DNA of 64,000 nt from Selaginella moellendorffii (GCF_000143415.4 NW_003314278.1:326371-390370), one strand, 5' to 3'. Positions 1 through 11,851 are shown, counted from the first letter of the stretch. Notes: a model not told the origin generated them from the sequence alone. A program made the numbers and translations.

Positions 1-610
1 CGAGTGCTTAGCATGGCTCAACGAGCAAGAAGAAGGATCCGTGCTCTACATAGCTTTTGGTAGCATCGCCACCCTGAGCTTGGAACAAGCTAAAGAGATA
101 GCAGCAGGGCTGGAAGAACTCCAGAGGCCATTTCTATGGGGGATTCGTCCAAAGTCTGTGCCGGGTATGGAGCCCGAGTTTCTGGAACCGTTCAAAGAGA
201 GAGTAAGAAGTTTTGGGCGAGTTATAACTTGGGCTCCCCAGCGAGAAGTTCTCCAGCATGCTTCTATTGGGGGATTTTTCACTCACTGTGGATGGAATTC
301 TGTGCTGGAAAGCATGGCTGCTGGTGTGCCTATGATCTGCCACCCTTGCGTTGCGGAACAAAATCTGAATTGCAAGTTGGTGGTGGAAGATTGGAAGATT
401 GGATTGCGATATTCCAATGTGGGATCTGGGAAGCTTGTGGTGAGGGATGAATTTCAAAAGGTGGTGAAGAAATTGATGGAAGATGACAATGGTATTGCGC
501 AATACATGAGGAGTAATGCAAAGAAGCTGAGTGAAGAAGCTAGAAAAGCAGTGTGTGTGGGGGGCTCTTCATACCAAAATCTGGAAAATTTTATCTTGTC
601 ACTAAAATAA
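1..610 (+). CDS. UDP-glycosyltransferase (GT1), 3' part; 5' end lies outside the window
   Basis: PSPG box WAPQREVLQHASIGGFFTHCGWNSVLESMAAGVPMICHPCVAEQ; C-terminal GGSS motif. Confidence 0.95.
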   Translation, partial: ECLAWLNEQEEGSVLYIAFGSIATLSLEQAKEIAAGLEELQRPFLWGIRPKSVPGMEPEFLEPFKERVRSFGRVITWAPQREVLQHASIGGFFTHCGWNSVLESMAAGVPMICHPCVAEQNLNCKLVVEDWKIGLRYSNVGSGKLVVRDEFQKVVKKLMEDDNGIAQYMRSNAKKLSEEARKAVCVGGSSYQNLENFILSLK

Positions 611-644
611 TAATTTTATTCCAATATATTTGAGAATAGTTTAC

Positions 645-2152
645 TTAATTTATGGTATGTAAGAAAATCTTCATTACTTCGGCAAATCCCTCCAGGTTTT
701 CATACGAGGAACCACCTCTAGACACTGCTCTACGAGCCTCCTCGCTCAGCTTCTTGACGTTAATCCTCAAAGGCTCACTGTCAGCTCCCATGAATCGCTC
801 CACCACCTCCACAAACTCGTCCCTCGCTACCACCACCTCGTGAGGATCCGGCATGGTCACGCACGAGAATTTGAGACCGATCTTCCAGTCCTCCACTATC
901 AGCTTGCAGTTTAGATTCTGCTCCGCAACGCACGGCCAGCAAAGCATGGGCACCGCGGATGCTACGCTCTCGAGGATGGAGTTCCAGCCGCAGTGACTGA
1001 GAAATCCAGCTGTGGAAGGGTGGCGGAGGATGTCCACCTGAGGAGCCCAGCTCACAACCAGTCCAAAGCTCCTCACGGCCTCCTTGAAACACTCCAGGAA
1101 CTCGGGCTCCATGCCGTTGACCGACTTGGGTCGGATGGCCCAGATAAACGGACGCTGGAGAAGCCTCAGTCCCTCGGAGAACTCCTTGAACTGATCGAAG
1201 CTGAGAGTGGCGATGCTGCCCAAGGAAATGTAGAGAACCGAGCTGGGACTTTGCTTGCCGAGCCAGGATAAACTCTCGCTGTCTTCCTCCCACAGGGCAC
1301 TGTTGCGTGGTTCGGACCCGGGGATCATGGTGAAAAGAGGACCCACTGCGATTGTTTTGGGAGAGATGTCTCGGAAAGCTTGGAATGCGACACTGCCCTC
1401 GAGTTCTTCGAACGAGTTTATCAAAACCCACGACGTTGTGGCGAAGATCTTGGCTCTAGCGCACTTGCCAGCGAATCCCGGGTCGTCGTCACTGGCAGAA
1501 AAGTCGCCCGGGAGGCTCCACATTGGTAGTGGTGACAAGCCGTCTACGTAAGTTATGCACTTCTCAATGGAACGATCTGGCGGAAGACGTTAGAGCTTCT
1601 CGAAAGAAGGAAAGGGAAAAAAAGAAAGATACCTTGGACTGGAATGTCTCCCTTCTCCAACATTTGCGGAACCGCGCACTCGAGCAAAACGCAAGAGGCA
1701 CTGGCAGTCCAGAACTTGACCTCTGGGATTCCAATCCTTCTTGTTACTTCCGTGGACCACGGGAAGAACATATCCGAGATGAAGCACGAGACCGGAGGAA
1801 CGAGATCATCGTCTCTGGCCATGTTCCTGATGAGCAAGCTCTCCACTGGAGCCTGCATCTCCATCACTGCCTCGGAGAACATCCGCCGCTTCTCCGGGAC
1901 CGCCAAGTCGACGTCGCTTGCTTGGATGCCCGGGACCGTCTCGAAGCGAATGCCGCCACCACAGCCATAGCTCTCCTTCGAAACGATGTTCTTCAAGTCC
2001 CGCTGGTTGGCCTCCGTGTTGATGAAAGTTATGCCGAAGCCTCGCGAGGCCAGAGCTCTTGAGTGGAGGAGTGGGGAGATGTGGCCTTGGGTTGGAATGG
2101 GAAGAACCGCTGCGTGAGGAGCGAGCCTCCTGGCACCAGTCGAAGAGCCCAT
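645..2152 (-). CDS. UDP-glycosyltransferase (GT1), 2 exons (intron about 1577-1632)
   Basis: N-terminal PHAAVLPIPTQGHISP with catalytic His; PSPG WAPQVDILRHPSTAGFLSHCGWNS...AEQ; a GT-AG intron joins the two ORFs in frame. Confidence 0.93.
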
Positions 2153-2816
2153 TGACGGAGAAAAGGAAAAGCTAAACAGTTCTCAAGCTTTTAGTTCTTG
2201 TGTGCTCTCACGACGAAGGGAAAACAGGCTGGATCCAGTGCTCCACATTGTGCTATCGTCAACTTATAAGCTACCACCCAAAATGTGAGAAGATTGAAAG
2301 TTCTTCACCTTTGCTACTCTTCCATTGCTTGGTGCCTTGAGGACGAGGATGGAAAATCTGGCCTGGCAAAGTAAAGCCTGGAATCCATTTGCTTAGTGCT
2401 TGTGTGTACACGATCAAAGAGAGAACTGAATTGCTGCTGTCTTGTTTCCATCATCATACCAAGAAAAAAAGTGCTAAACAGCGAAACAGCTGGCCAAGGA
2501 AAAACGACAGACAACCGAATCGAACTACAGACCATCTTTATATTATATAATATAATGTTTATTTAAATTTTTTAAGTAAAAAATAATAACTGATCTTTTT
2601 GAACAACTTATCAAAGAAATATTATTTTAATAAAGAATGAAAATTATTTTGAAATCTCATGAGCAACATAAATGAAAAAATAGGTATTATGAATAGTTAC
2701 CCTGCATGATAAAATATCCAGACAAAAATAATTGTATAAATAATAAAATTAAAAAAGAATATATTTTACATTGTCATAGACAAAGAACCTAGGTTGGAAT
2801 TTTGTATCCAAATCCC

Positions 2817-4324
2817 ATGGCAACCATGGCAGCAGCATCTCTTTTGCACATAGTAGCGGTTCCGTTGCCACTCCAAGGCCACATCAATCCCCTCCTCCAC
2901 CTCTTGGCTCGTCTGTGCGGCCCAGATCTCATCACCACGCTCCTAGTTCCACAGCAAGACGTCCATCGCATGCAGCGCTCCCCCAATCCACACGTCCGCG
3001 TCCTTCCACTCCCTCCCAGCGTCTTGGAGATCAGCCACATCGCTGGCCTGCCGAGCACGAGCCAACTCTCTGCCGTTCTAGACGCTCTCGAGGAGGCCGA
3101 GGACAATCTCGCTGCCTTCATCTCGGGACTCGGTGGCGATGGAGTTTGGAGCTCTCCAATCTGCTGCATCCTACTGGATTCCTTTGTCGAGATGGGCCAA
3201 GATCTTGCGGACAGGCTCAAGCTCCCCAGAATTGCTATGTGGACCGCCTCGGCAGCGACTTTTCTCATCAATTGCAATCTCCCTCAACTGATCTCCCGAG
3301 GCATGCTACCTTTCACAGGTCTGTGCTTGATTGAGAGGAGAAATTCTGCCGCTTGACAATGTCGCTGTTGCTGTGTGAGCCAGAGACGAGTGATCCGGAC
3401 TCTGTCATCGACTTCATCCCTGGGATCGACAGTCTTTCCATCAAAGATATCCCATCCTCCCTGCTTACTTCCACCCCCGAGGGGCTCGAGCGAAGATCTC
3501 GCATTTTCTCCCGGAACAAGGAGGCAGCTTGCATCTTCCTGAATACCGTCGAGGAGCTGGAGCGCAAGGTCGTTGCTGCCATCCAGGAGCTTCTTCGTCC
3601 CGCAAAGTTCTTGACCATCGGGCCCCTGCTACCCAGCTCGTTCTTGTCTGACCATCCAGCTGATGAGAACACTGTGTCGGCCGAAGGAGTTTGGAAGGAA
3701 GATATGCACTGCTTGAGCTGGCTCGACGAGAGAGAGCCGAGGTCGGTCCTATACGTGTCTTTCGGAAGCATGGCGACGTTGAAAGCGAACCAGATACAGG
3801 AGTTGGCTCTAGGCCTCGAATCGAGCGGGCAGCCATTCCTGTGGGTGATGAGGCCGAACCTTGTGAGCGAGTCTGAAGCTCCTAACTTCTGCGAGGACTT
3901 CGTCGTGAGGACTAAGTCGCAGGGACTGGTGATTTCCTGGGCACCGCAGCTTCAAGTTCTCAAGCATCCGTCCGTTGGAGGCTTTCTGACGCACTGCGGG
4001 TGGAATTCCACCTTAGAAGCCGTGTGCAGTGGAGTTCCTTTGCTATGCTGGCCTTGCTTCGCCGAGCAACATCTCAACTGTAAGATCATCGTCGACGACT
4101 GGAAGGTCGGGCTGAGCTTTTTCCGAGGCTCCTGTCACGGTGTGGCGAGCAAGGAGGTGGTTCATCAAGTGATCAGGCGGCTCATGGTGGAAGATCCTGG
4201 AAAAGAAATCAGGAAAAGAGCCATAGAACTTAGAAATGAGATTAGAAGTACCGTGACAGAAGGTGGGTCATCCGATAGGAACTTGTCCGCCTTTGTTGAC
4301 TTGATCTCAAAACGATTGGTATAG
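2817..4324 (+). CDS. UDP-glycosyltransferase (GT1), 2 exons (intron about 3319-3383)
   Basis: HIVAVPLPLQGHINP N-terminus; PSPG WAPQLQVLKHPSVGGFLTHCGWNS...FAEQ. Confidence 0.94.
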
Positions 4325-4379
4325 TTAAGTCGAAGTAACATGGTTGTCAGCCCCCCATACCGCCATGCCAGTAGACAGG

Positions 4380-5894
4380 CTAGAAAAAAAAGCTGGATCG
4401 CATCTCAGACTTCATAGCCTCTGCGAACTCTTCCAAACTTTTTCGTGAAAGTCCCCCGGCCATCAATGCAGTTCTTGCGGCGTCTCTCAAGGAGCGAATC
4501 CTTCGCCTGATCTGCCGACCTTGGTCTCCCTCTAACACCGCCCTCACCACCCTTTCAACTTCTGACTTGTCCACCAAACCAGTTGCTGCCTTCGCAAACT
4601 CGATTCCTATTCTCCACTCCTTGACGATGTAGCGGCAGTTTAGCATCTGGTCAGCGAAGCACGGCCAGCACAGCATTGGAAGCCCCACGCTGATGCCTTC
4701 CAGCGTAGAATTCCATCCGCAGTGCGTCACGAAAGCTCCCAATGAAGGATGTTTGAGCACGCGAGCCGGAGCTGATGGAATCACGAGACTGCGGCCTCTA
4801 ACTTTCTCCGTGAAAGCGTTTCGAACGTCAGCTGACATAGTCTGGACCAGCTCGTTCCGTATCACCCACAGAAACGGGTAAGAGCAAGCCTTCAATCCTT
4901 GAGCGACCTGTTCCAGCTGCCGTCCAGAGAGATGAGCGATGCTGCCAAAAGAGACATACACCACCGAAAGAGCTCCTTGTCTGTCTAGCCAGTCTATACA
5001 CCTGTCGTCTTCCACAGAATCATCGATGGTGATCTCGATATCTGCCGTTCCGTCACTGATTTCTAAGAACCCAAGCGAGAGAACCGGACCAACTGGGAGG
5101 AGCTTGTTCTGGACCCGCCCTTGCATGGCCCGGAGCTCGTTGTGCTCCAGAGCCATGAAAGTATTAGCAAAGATCCAGTCAGCTCGCTTCACACGTTGTA
5201 TCCTCTCGATTCTATGCCTAAAACCAGGATCATACCGATCCTGCCTGGCGATGGAAGTCGGGAGATCACTGGAAGATATCGTTGGCATACCGTCTATGAA
5301 CGAAATGTAGCTATGCTCGTTTTCAGCTGCAAAGGAAAACAAACTCAACGAAGAGAAACAGAAGAGAAAAGAGGGAAAAGTACCTTTCAAAGGTGCGAGG
5401 CCTCTTTCCATCAAGTCTGGAATGTGCGTAGAGATCAAGCTCGTTGCTGTGGACGATGCCCAGAAAACGGCCCACTGGAGACTAAAGTCCTGAGCAATGT
5501 CTTGAGTCCACGAAAGAAATCCATCCGCGATGATACAAACTGGAGGACAGCCCTGGCTCTCCACCAGCTTGCCGATCAATCTCTCGAAAGCGCCGCGGAG
5601 CCTGTCTGTGGACATGATCGCCTCAAACACGTTGATAGTCTCGAGAGAAGGCATGTTGGCGTCGGGCAGCCCCACCATATTGATGTGAACTTCGTGCTCC
5701 TGCGGCAGCGGGATTCGTCTCGCCCTCCATGCGTGAAGGATCCGGAGATGGTTGTGCTCCGTGTTGACGAAAGTGATGAGAAACCCCAGCGCTTCCAACC
5801 GGCAGGAGAGATGCATCATCGGGATGATGTGGCCCAGCGATGGAAACGGGAATACCACCGCATGCGGCCGATCGCCGCCTCCATTCCCGTCCAT
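4380..5894 (-). CDS. UDP-glycosyltransferase (GT1) with an atypical start to the PSPG box; probable short in-frame intron near 5330-5383
   Basis: PHAVVFPFPSLGHIIP; SAPARVLKHPSLGAFVTHCGWNSTLEG...FADQ. Confidence 0.92.
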   Translation of the reverse strand: MDGNGGGDRPHAVVFPFPSLGHIIPMMHLSCRLEALGFLITFVNTEHNHLRILHAWRARRIPLPQEHEVHINMVGLPDANMPSLETINVFEAIMSTDRLRGAFERLIGKLVESQGCPPVCIIADGFLSWTQDIAQDFSLQWAVFWASSTATSLISTHIPDLMERGLAPLKGTFPSFLFCFSSLSLFSFAAENEHSYISFIDGMPTISSSDLPTSIARQDRYDPGFRHRIERIQRVKRADWIFANTFMALEHNELRAMQGRVQNKLLPVGPVLSLGFLEISDGTADIEITIDDSVEDDRCIDWLDRQGALSVVYVSFGSIAHLSGRQLEQVAQGLKACSYPFLWVIRNELVQTMSADVRNAFTEKVRGRSLVIPSAPARVLKHPSLGAFVTHCGWNSTLEGISVGLPMLCWPCFADQMLNCRYIVKEWRIGIEFAKAATGLVDKSEVERVVRAVLEGDQGRQIRRRIRSLRDAARTALMAGGLSRKSLEEFAEAMKSEMRSSFFF

Positions 5895-6107
5895 GTCCCG
5901 CAGATCATCGCTGGAAACACGAAATCAGTGGCAGCGCGGCGATCCTACAAGAGCGAAATCTTTCAAGGAAATAGCTGTGGAGGGGAGATTTCGCCCGCGG
6001 ATCCATCCGGAACACGCGATCGGGAATAGAATCGAGGAGAACTTACATCGGTGTCGGCCGCATTTTGTCTCGATCTTTGCTCCCCTGTGAGCCCTAAACC
6101 GAGATCA

Positions 6108-6236
6108 ATATAAGAATCTTACATATTCTCGGAAAGCATATGCTTAAGAATATCTCCTAGCAAAGCATCTTAGAATATCCTCAGAAAGCTTATGCTTAAG
6201 AATCCCATATTCTCGAAAGCATATTCTTAAGAATAT
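6108..6236. repeat. Degenerate tandem repeat (4-5 units of about 26-31 bp) with internal palindromes
   Basis: Recurring TAAGAAT...ATTCTC..GAAAGC(A/T)TATGCT units; perfect palindrome ATATTCTTAAGAATAT at 6221-6236. Confidence 0.7.
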
Positions 6237-7849
6237 TAACAAAGCTTCGAGTTGGCCAGGAGCACGTAGAGCGCACCGCTAAGCCCCTCGAGCTCCACAT
6301 CCACGCTCACATTCCTTCTATGGCTATTACACGCCCCTAGAAATGCCGTCCAAGAGCTTCTATCCGGGAAGAAAGGCATGGTTTGCAAGAGCTCGAGAGC
6401 TAGCTCGATCATTCCCGCGCGGCCCAGTGCATCGACGATGCTCTTGTACTGATCCAGCCCTGCCGCGATCGAAAACTCCCCAGCCATCAAGTGGAAGAAC
6501 ACCCGGCTGTGATGGAGTAGACCACTGTGGCTGCAAGCCGAAATGATGCTCACGAATACCACATCGTCGGGCTCCACTCCGGCGGCGCTCATAGCCCGGA
6601 AGAGATCCAGCGCTCGCTCGCCCTGTCCGTGATGGGCGTACGCACAGATCATAGAGCTCCACGCGACCAAGTCGAGATCCTGCTCCGGCATGGACGAGAA
6701 GACGAGCTCGGCCCCCTCGAGGCATCCACACTCGCTATACATGCGGAGCATCACGCTCGCCAGAGAAAGCCCGTGGGAATCGTTGCAAGCGATTGAATTG
6801 CCGAGGAACTCGTGGAGGATTCTTCCCTGCTCGAGTGACCCGGTGGTGGCGCAGGCGGTGAGGAGAGCGGTGAGAGTGCTGGGCTCGGGATGGAATCCCT
6901 CGAGCTCCATCGCGGCGCGAAGCAGGAGCTCCACGCCTTCTTTGACGCGATTGCTTTGTACAAGTGCCACGATCATAGAGCTCCAAGTTGCCGAGCTCCA
7001 CTTGGGCGAAAGATCGAACACTTTCCTCGACTCCTCGATGTTACTACACGCTTCCAAGAGACTGTTCCAGGAGATCATGTCGCGCTCTGGAGCGGTGTCA
7101 AAAGATTTCTTTGCGTTATACATATCCCCCACTCTGGCAAATGCCGCGATCATAGTGTTCCACGAAACAATAGTCCACATTGGCATTCTCCAGAACTTCT
7201 CCAAGATTGAAAAGATCAGACCTCGTTGCGAGAAAGCATCTAAGATCGTGTTCCACGACACCTCGTTCTTCCATAGCATCCTATCGAAAAAATCTTTCGT
7301 CGTGACAGAATACCCTTCTTGGGCATTTGCAGCTAGCATTGCGTTTAGCGCCACGCAATCCCACTGCGGCATTTTTCCAAACGCCTCGAGCGCGGCAGCA
7401 CCATCGCTGAATCCGGTAACAAGCGCAGTCCATGTCACGGCATTCCTTTCCTTCATGCTCGCAAACACCGCCATTGCCTGCTCCATCAGCCCGGCCGAGA
7501 CGAGCGCGGCGAGCATCGCCGTGGTCGACACCACATTGTGCTGCGGCATTCGCGAGAAAACCTCGCGGCCCTCTCGGAGCCGATCGCTGTGCAGCAGTGC
7601 CGCCGCCAGAATGGCCCAAGAGAAGACATTGGGCTGCTGGATCCGGCGGAACGCATCCATCGCGTCCTCCACGCGCCCGCAGCCGCCATACATCTGTACG
7701 ACGAGATTCCCCAGAAATCGATCGCTTCCATAGCCGCAGGCGACGATCTGCGAGTGAACCCACTTGGCTGCCGCCGGATCCTTGCCGCAGCGCTGTGCAA
7801 GAGAGCAAAGCTGGGGGTAGATGTGCTCACCGCTACACGCTCTTCGCAT
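6236..7849 (-). CDS. PLS-class pentatricopeptide repeat protein with truncated E domain, no DYW
   Basis: Repeats such as VSWNTMIAAFARVG and VAWSSMICAYAHHGQ; MPFFPDRSSWTAFLGAC E-type motif; intronless 537 aa ORF. Confidence 0.93.
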   Translation of the reverse strand: MRRACSGEHIYPQLCSLAQRCGKDPAAAKWVHSQIVACGYGSDRFLGNLVVQMYGGCGRVEDAMDAFRRIQQPNVFSWAILAAALLHSDRLREGREVFSRMPQHNVVSTTAMLAALVSAGLMEQAMAVFASMKERNAVTWTALVTGFSDGAAALEAFGKMPQWDCVALNAMLAANAQEGYSVTTKDFFDRMLWKNEVSWNTILDAFSQRGLIFSILEKFWRMPMWTIVSWNTMIAAFARVGDMYNAKKSFDTAPERDMISWNSLLEACSNIEESRKVFDLSPKWSSATWSSMIVALVQSNRVKEGVELLLRAAMELEGFHPEPSTLTALLTACATTGSLEQGRILHEFLGNSIACNDSHGLSLASVMLRMYSECGCLEGAELVFSSMPEQDLDLVAWSSMICAYAHHGQGERALDLFRAMSAAGVEPDDVVFVSIISACSHSGLLHHSRVFFHLMAGEFSIAAGLDQYKSIVDALGRAGMIELALELLQTMPFFPDRSSWTAFLGACNSHRRNVSVDVELEGLSGALYVLLANSKLC

Positions 7850-7894
7850 CCATCAAGCTCAAGAGCCCTAAATGCCCCAGCATATTCACTTAGT

Positions 7895-9454
7895 TTAAAC
7901 GAAACCGTCGGATATCTTGGGTTCGATCTTAGCCGTTGAGAATTCCGCGCTCTTGTTCTTGGCGAGGAGATCGGCCGCGAATGCCTTGAGCCCGCTCATC
8001 TCTTGGAAATCCTTCCGGCACGCATCGCGCAGATCCGCGGCTCTCTTCCGGATCGAATCGGTCTGCTCGCCACCGCCCATCACCGCGCTTATGGCGCGCA
8101 GCACGTCCTCTTTGGAGAAATCTCCGCGATGACCCTTTGCGAGCTTCACGCCCGTCTTCCACACCTCCACGACGTACTTGGCGTTGGCCTTTTGCTCCGC
8201 GAAGCAGGGCTGGCAGATCGTCGGCACTCCAGCGCAAATGCTTTCAAACGTGGAATTCCATCCGCAGTGAGTGAGGAAGGCCGCGGTTGATCCATGGCGG
8301 AGGACCTGGAGTTGCGGCGCCCAGCGAACGACGAGGCCCAGATCTTTCGCCCTGTCAAGGAATCGTGCGTGATCTTCCTCTCCCATGTCCGAGACGAGAT
8401 CCGGGCGAAGCACCCACAGGAATCTCTCGCCAAGGTCGAGCAATCCACCGAGCAGGACTTCCAGCTGCGAGAAATTCATCGCCGCTATGCTGCCGAAGGA
8501 GATGTAGAGCACGGATCGTGGCGGCTGGCGATCGAGCCAATCGAGGCAGCTGAGATCTTGCTCCCAGAGCGAGCTCGTGAAAAACTCCTGGGGCGATGAT
8601 CGATGATCCAGGTCGCCTAGTCCGAGGAAGCTGGGTGGGAGCAGTGGTGCGACTGGTACGAACCTATCAAACCCCTGCTCCCTCGCCGCATTGATGAGCG
8701 GCTGCTCCAGCGCGGGGCAAGTGTTGAAGAAGACCCAAGCAGCGCTGTTCCTCGCGCCATCGCTCACCCCTCGCAGTAGCTCGTGAGTCGTGTCCTGGGG
8801 ATTGTGGACGAGCGATGGCAACTCCAGTGGATGCAGCGGGATCACGCCCGGGCACTCGATAAGATCCTCGCATTCTGGCCACAAGGATGCGTATTAGCTG
8901 TCAAGAACACGAATCTACTCGCTCTAGGCTCCGAAATCTCGATTACCTGGATCGCGAGATGAGAGGATCTCGGTAGCACTAGCATGGTGCTGAATCAGGA
9001 ACGCCAAGACCGGCAAGGGGAAGTACATCACCCAGGGCACTCCAAATCGGCGCGCCACTCCCGCCGCCCACAGCAAGAACGCATCCGATACGACGCACGA
9101 CACCGGCGGCATGCTAGGGTCCTTGGCCAGTGCCTCCATGAGCTCCTCCAGTCCGGGACCGAGCTTCTTGACGCCCTCGAGGAAGTGGAAGATCCCGCCC
9201 ATGGAGCGCGGCGGGAGCACATCGTCGGGGATGGGGCGCATTTGGATGGAGAGGCCGCGCTCCCACGGCGGCGCCACGCCCTGCCGCTCCCACGCCGCTA
9301 GAATGCTCTCGTGGTTGCCCCTCGTCGTGACGAAGGTGACGAAGAACCCCATGGAGCTCGCCAGGCGCAGGGAGAGCTGCATCAGCGGATTGATGTGGCC
9401 TTGCCCTGGATAAGCCACAACCACGGCGTGCTGTGGCCTCTCTCCCTCCGCCAT
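7895..9454 (-). CDS. UDP-glycosyltransferase (GT1), 2 exons (intron about 8898-8946)
   Basis: QHAVVVAYPGQGHINP; PSPG WAPQLQVLRHGSTAAFLTHCGWNS...FAEQ. Confidence 0.93.
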
Positions 9455-9539
9455 GGACGAATCTCAACTTAGGGTTCTTGCGAGGAAAGTTTAAATAACA
9501 TTGACCGTTTGACTAAGCGTTTTGAGTAAGAGTGTTTGG

Positions 9540-10986
9540 CTAGCGGAGACTAGGGCTCTTCGCGAAACACTCTGCGAATTCGCGCAAGCTCTCGCACGCC
9601 GATCCACCGGGTCCATGCGCCGCCCGGAGCGCGTCTCTCAATCGCAACACATTCTCCTTCATCGATTTGCCCTCTTCCCCATTGAGCTCCTCGATCAGCC
9701 TCGCGATCTCCCGGGACTGGATCACTCGCGGGGGATCGTCCGTGTCCTGGCCATGGTTGTTCACGCCCAGCGCGATCTTCCACTCCTCGACCATGCGCTT
9801 GGAGTTCATGTTTTGCTCCGACGTGCGCGGCCACGCAAGCATTGGAACGCCGGAGCTGATCGCTTCCATGGTCGAGTTCCAGCCGCAGTGGGTCACGAAT
9901 CCCACCACCGCTGGGTGCCGCAGGACGTGGAGCTGGGGAGCCCACGACACGAGCCTGGATTCCATGGGCTTGGCTCGATCTAGAAGCTCGTCCAGGGCCT
10001 TGTGATCGTTGTCCGGAACATCCACGACAAAGTTCTTCCGGAAGCTCCACAAGAACGCCTGATTGGAAGCTTGCAGCGCGTCGAGAATCTCCTTCACTTG
10101 GCGGAAGGAGAGCACTGCGACGCTCCCAAACGCGATGTAGAGGATCGACGCCGGAAGCTGGCGATCCAGCCACTCCATGCAGCCGAGATGCTCGTCGTGA
10201 TCGCGCAAATCCTCCCTGGGGAGCTGCGCTTCGCGGAGAAGAGCCCGAGGGATCAGTGGCCCAATCGCAAAGTACCTCATCCTCTCGCGCATCGCGGCGA
10301 TGGCCACTGGTTCTAGCTCCTGGAACGTGTTCGCGAGCACGCAAAACGCCTCTGGACGCCTCGCGCAAGCTTTTCCAATGAAATCCAGGCAGACGTCGTC
10401 GTCATAGAAGGCCAGCGGCAAATCCTTTCGAGTCATGCCAGTCAGCCCCGGCAGGAAATCGATGACACTCTCGTCTTCCAAGTTTCCTGGAGAAGAAGTG
10501 TTCATCAACTTTTAAAAGCAGCTCATCCTTGATAAACTTACTCTTGACTGGCAGATAGCCTCGAGACTTGAGCTCCAGGATGTTGGAGCAAACGATCTCG
10601 CACGCCGCCGACGCCGTCCAGAAGAACACTCTCGCGATCCCGAGCTTGTCGGCAACGTCCTGCGTCCAGCCCACGAATCCATCCGCGATCACCATCGTCG
10701 CGGGAGGATCCAGCTCGCGCACGGCCTCTTCCACTGCTCCTGGCATGGAATCCACCATCCGGAACAAATCACCCATGCAGGCGAGGCGAAGGAGATCATC
10801 CGGAACCGGAACTGTCACGAACTTCACGCTGGGATGCTTTCGCGCGAGCGGCGTAGCGTCTGTCAGCGGCGAGGCGAGCACTGTGATGGCGAATCCATGC
10901 TGCTGCTGCAATCTCTCCGCGAGCTCCAGCATCGGATTTAAATGCCCGGGACCATCCATGGAGAAGATCGCTGCGTGAGGAGCCAT
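9540..10986 (-). CDS. UDP-glycosyltransferase (GT1), 2 exons (intron about 10487-10541)
   Basis: PHAAIFSMDGPGHLNP; PSPG WAPQLHVLRHPAVVGFVTHCGWNSTMEAISSGVPMLAWPRTSEQ. Confidence 0.93.
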
Positions 10987-11256
10987 AAGAGCTCAAGCTC
11001 ATCTTGTGGAATATGCCCTCCTCCAAATGGCGTGGAGAAGAGTCGAACCAGGGGCCCGTCCATCCGTACGATGTGCCAGACGACTTTGACGGGCGCTACC
11101 TTATGTCGCTACCATTTAACACACCGACGCGTCGATGCCCGTCACGCTTGTCGTGAGCCGCTGTCTTGAGTGCCTCCGCCCGTCACTCGTGACGGCCAGT
11201 TTTTATAAAGCCTTTGCCTCGCAAGTAAAGTGTACGTCGTCGGTCGAGAAGAAGCT

Positions 11257-11792
11257 ATGGGCGCGCGCTCTTCTTCCTTGCTTGTTCTACTATTTCTCGC
11301 AGCTGCTGGATATGGTACCTACATTCTCTTCCTTCCTTCCACTGTGCTCGCTTTGATCCATGTACTAAACCGATCTCTTGCGCTTGTAAATGTTATAGCT
11401 GCTGCTGCTGCTGTTGCTGGAGAAGATCCAGGACAGTTTGGTCGTCGACTTCTCCAATCTTCGCAATGTAAGAGCTTTGATCTTGTTTTTCTCCTCCAGG
11501 GGCTTTCCAGCTTCTTTTTCTGCCTGTGATCTCTTGTATTCTTTGTGATGCAGCCTGCTCAACCGACTTTTCCAAGGTGGATTACTCGTCCGTGACCAGA
11601 GTCTGCAAGGCACCGTTCCCGACCTCGGCTTGCTGCCCGGCGTTCACGTCCCTGGCCTGCAAATACAAGTCCCAAGTGAACGACTTTAGCACTACTTGCC
11701 CGATCAACTTCATCGCTTACCTCAACTTCGCTGGTCCGTATCAGGACGGAGTGTTCGTCGGCCGCTGCACCAAAGGGACCTCCCTTTGCTAG
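11257..11792 (+). CDS. LORELEI-like (LLG) secreted cysteine-rich protein, 3 exons, apparently without a GPI-anchor tail
   Basis: Signal peptide MGARSSSLLVLLFLAAAG; GRRLLQ pro-motif; 8-Cys LLG domain CSTDFSKVDYS..CKAPFP..CCPAF..LAC..VND..TCP..YLNFAGPY..G.F.GRC..LC. Confidence 0.85.
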
Positions 11793-11851
11793 AGTGTTGC
11801 CACCGAGAAAACTCCCGTCGAGAATATATAGAAAGAGCTTGTTTTTTCCTG

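Noticed and set aside
6108-6236. CRISPR-like appearance of the ~30-bp palindromic repeats
   Set aside because: Units are degenerate and adjacent with no unique spacers, there are no cas genes, and the context is eukaryotic
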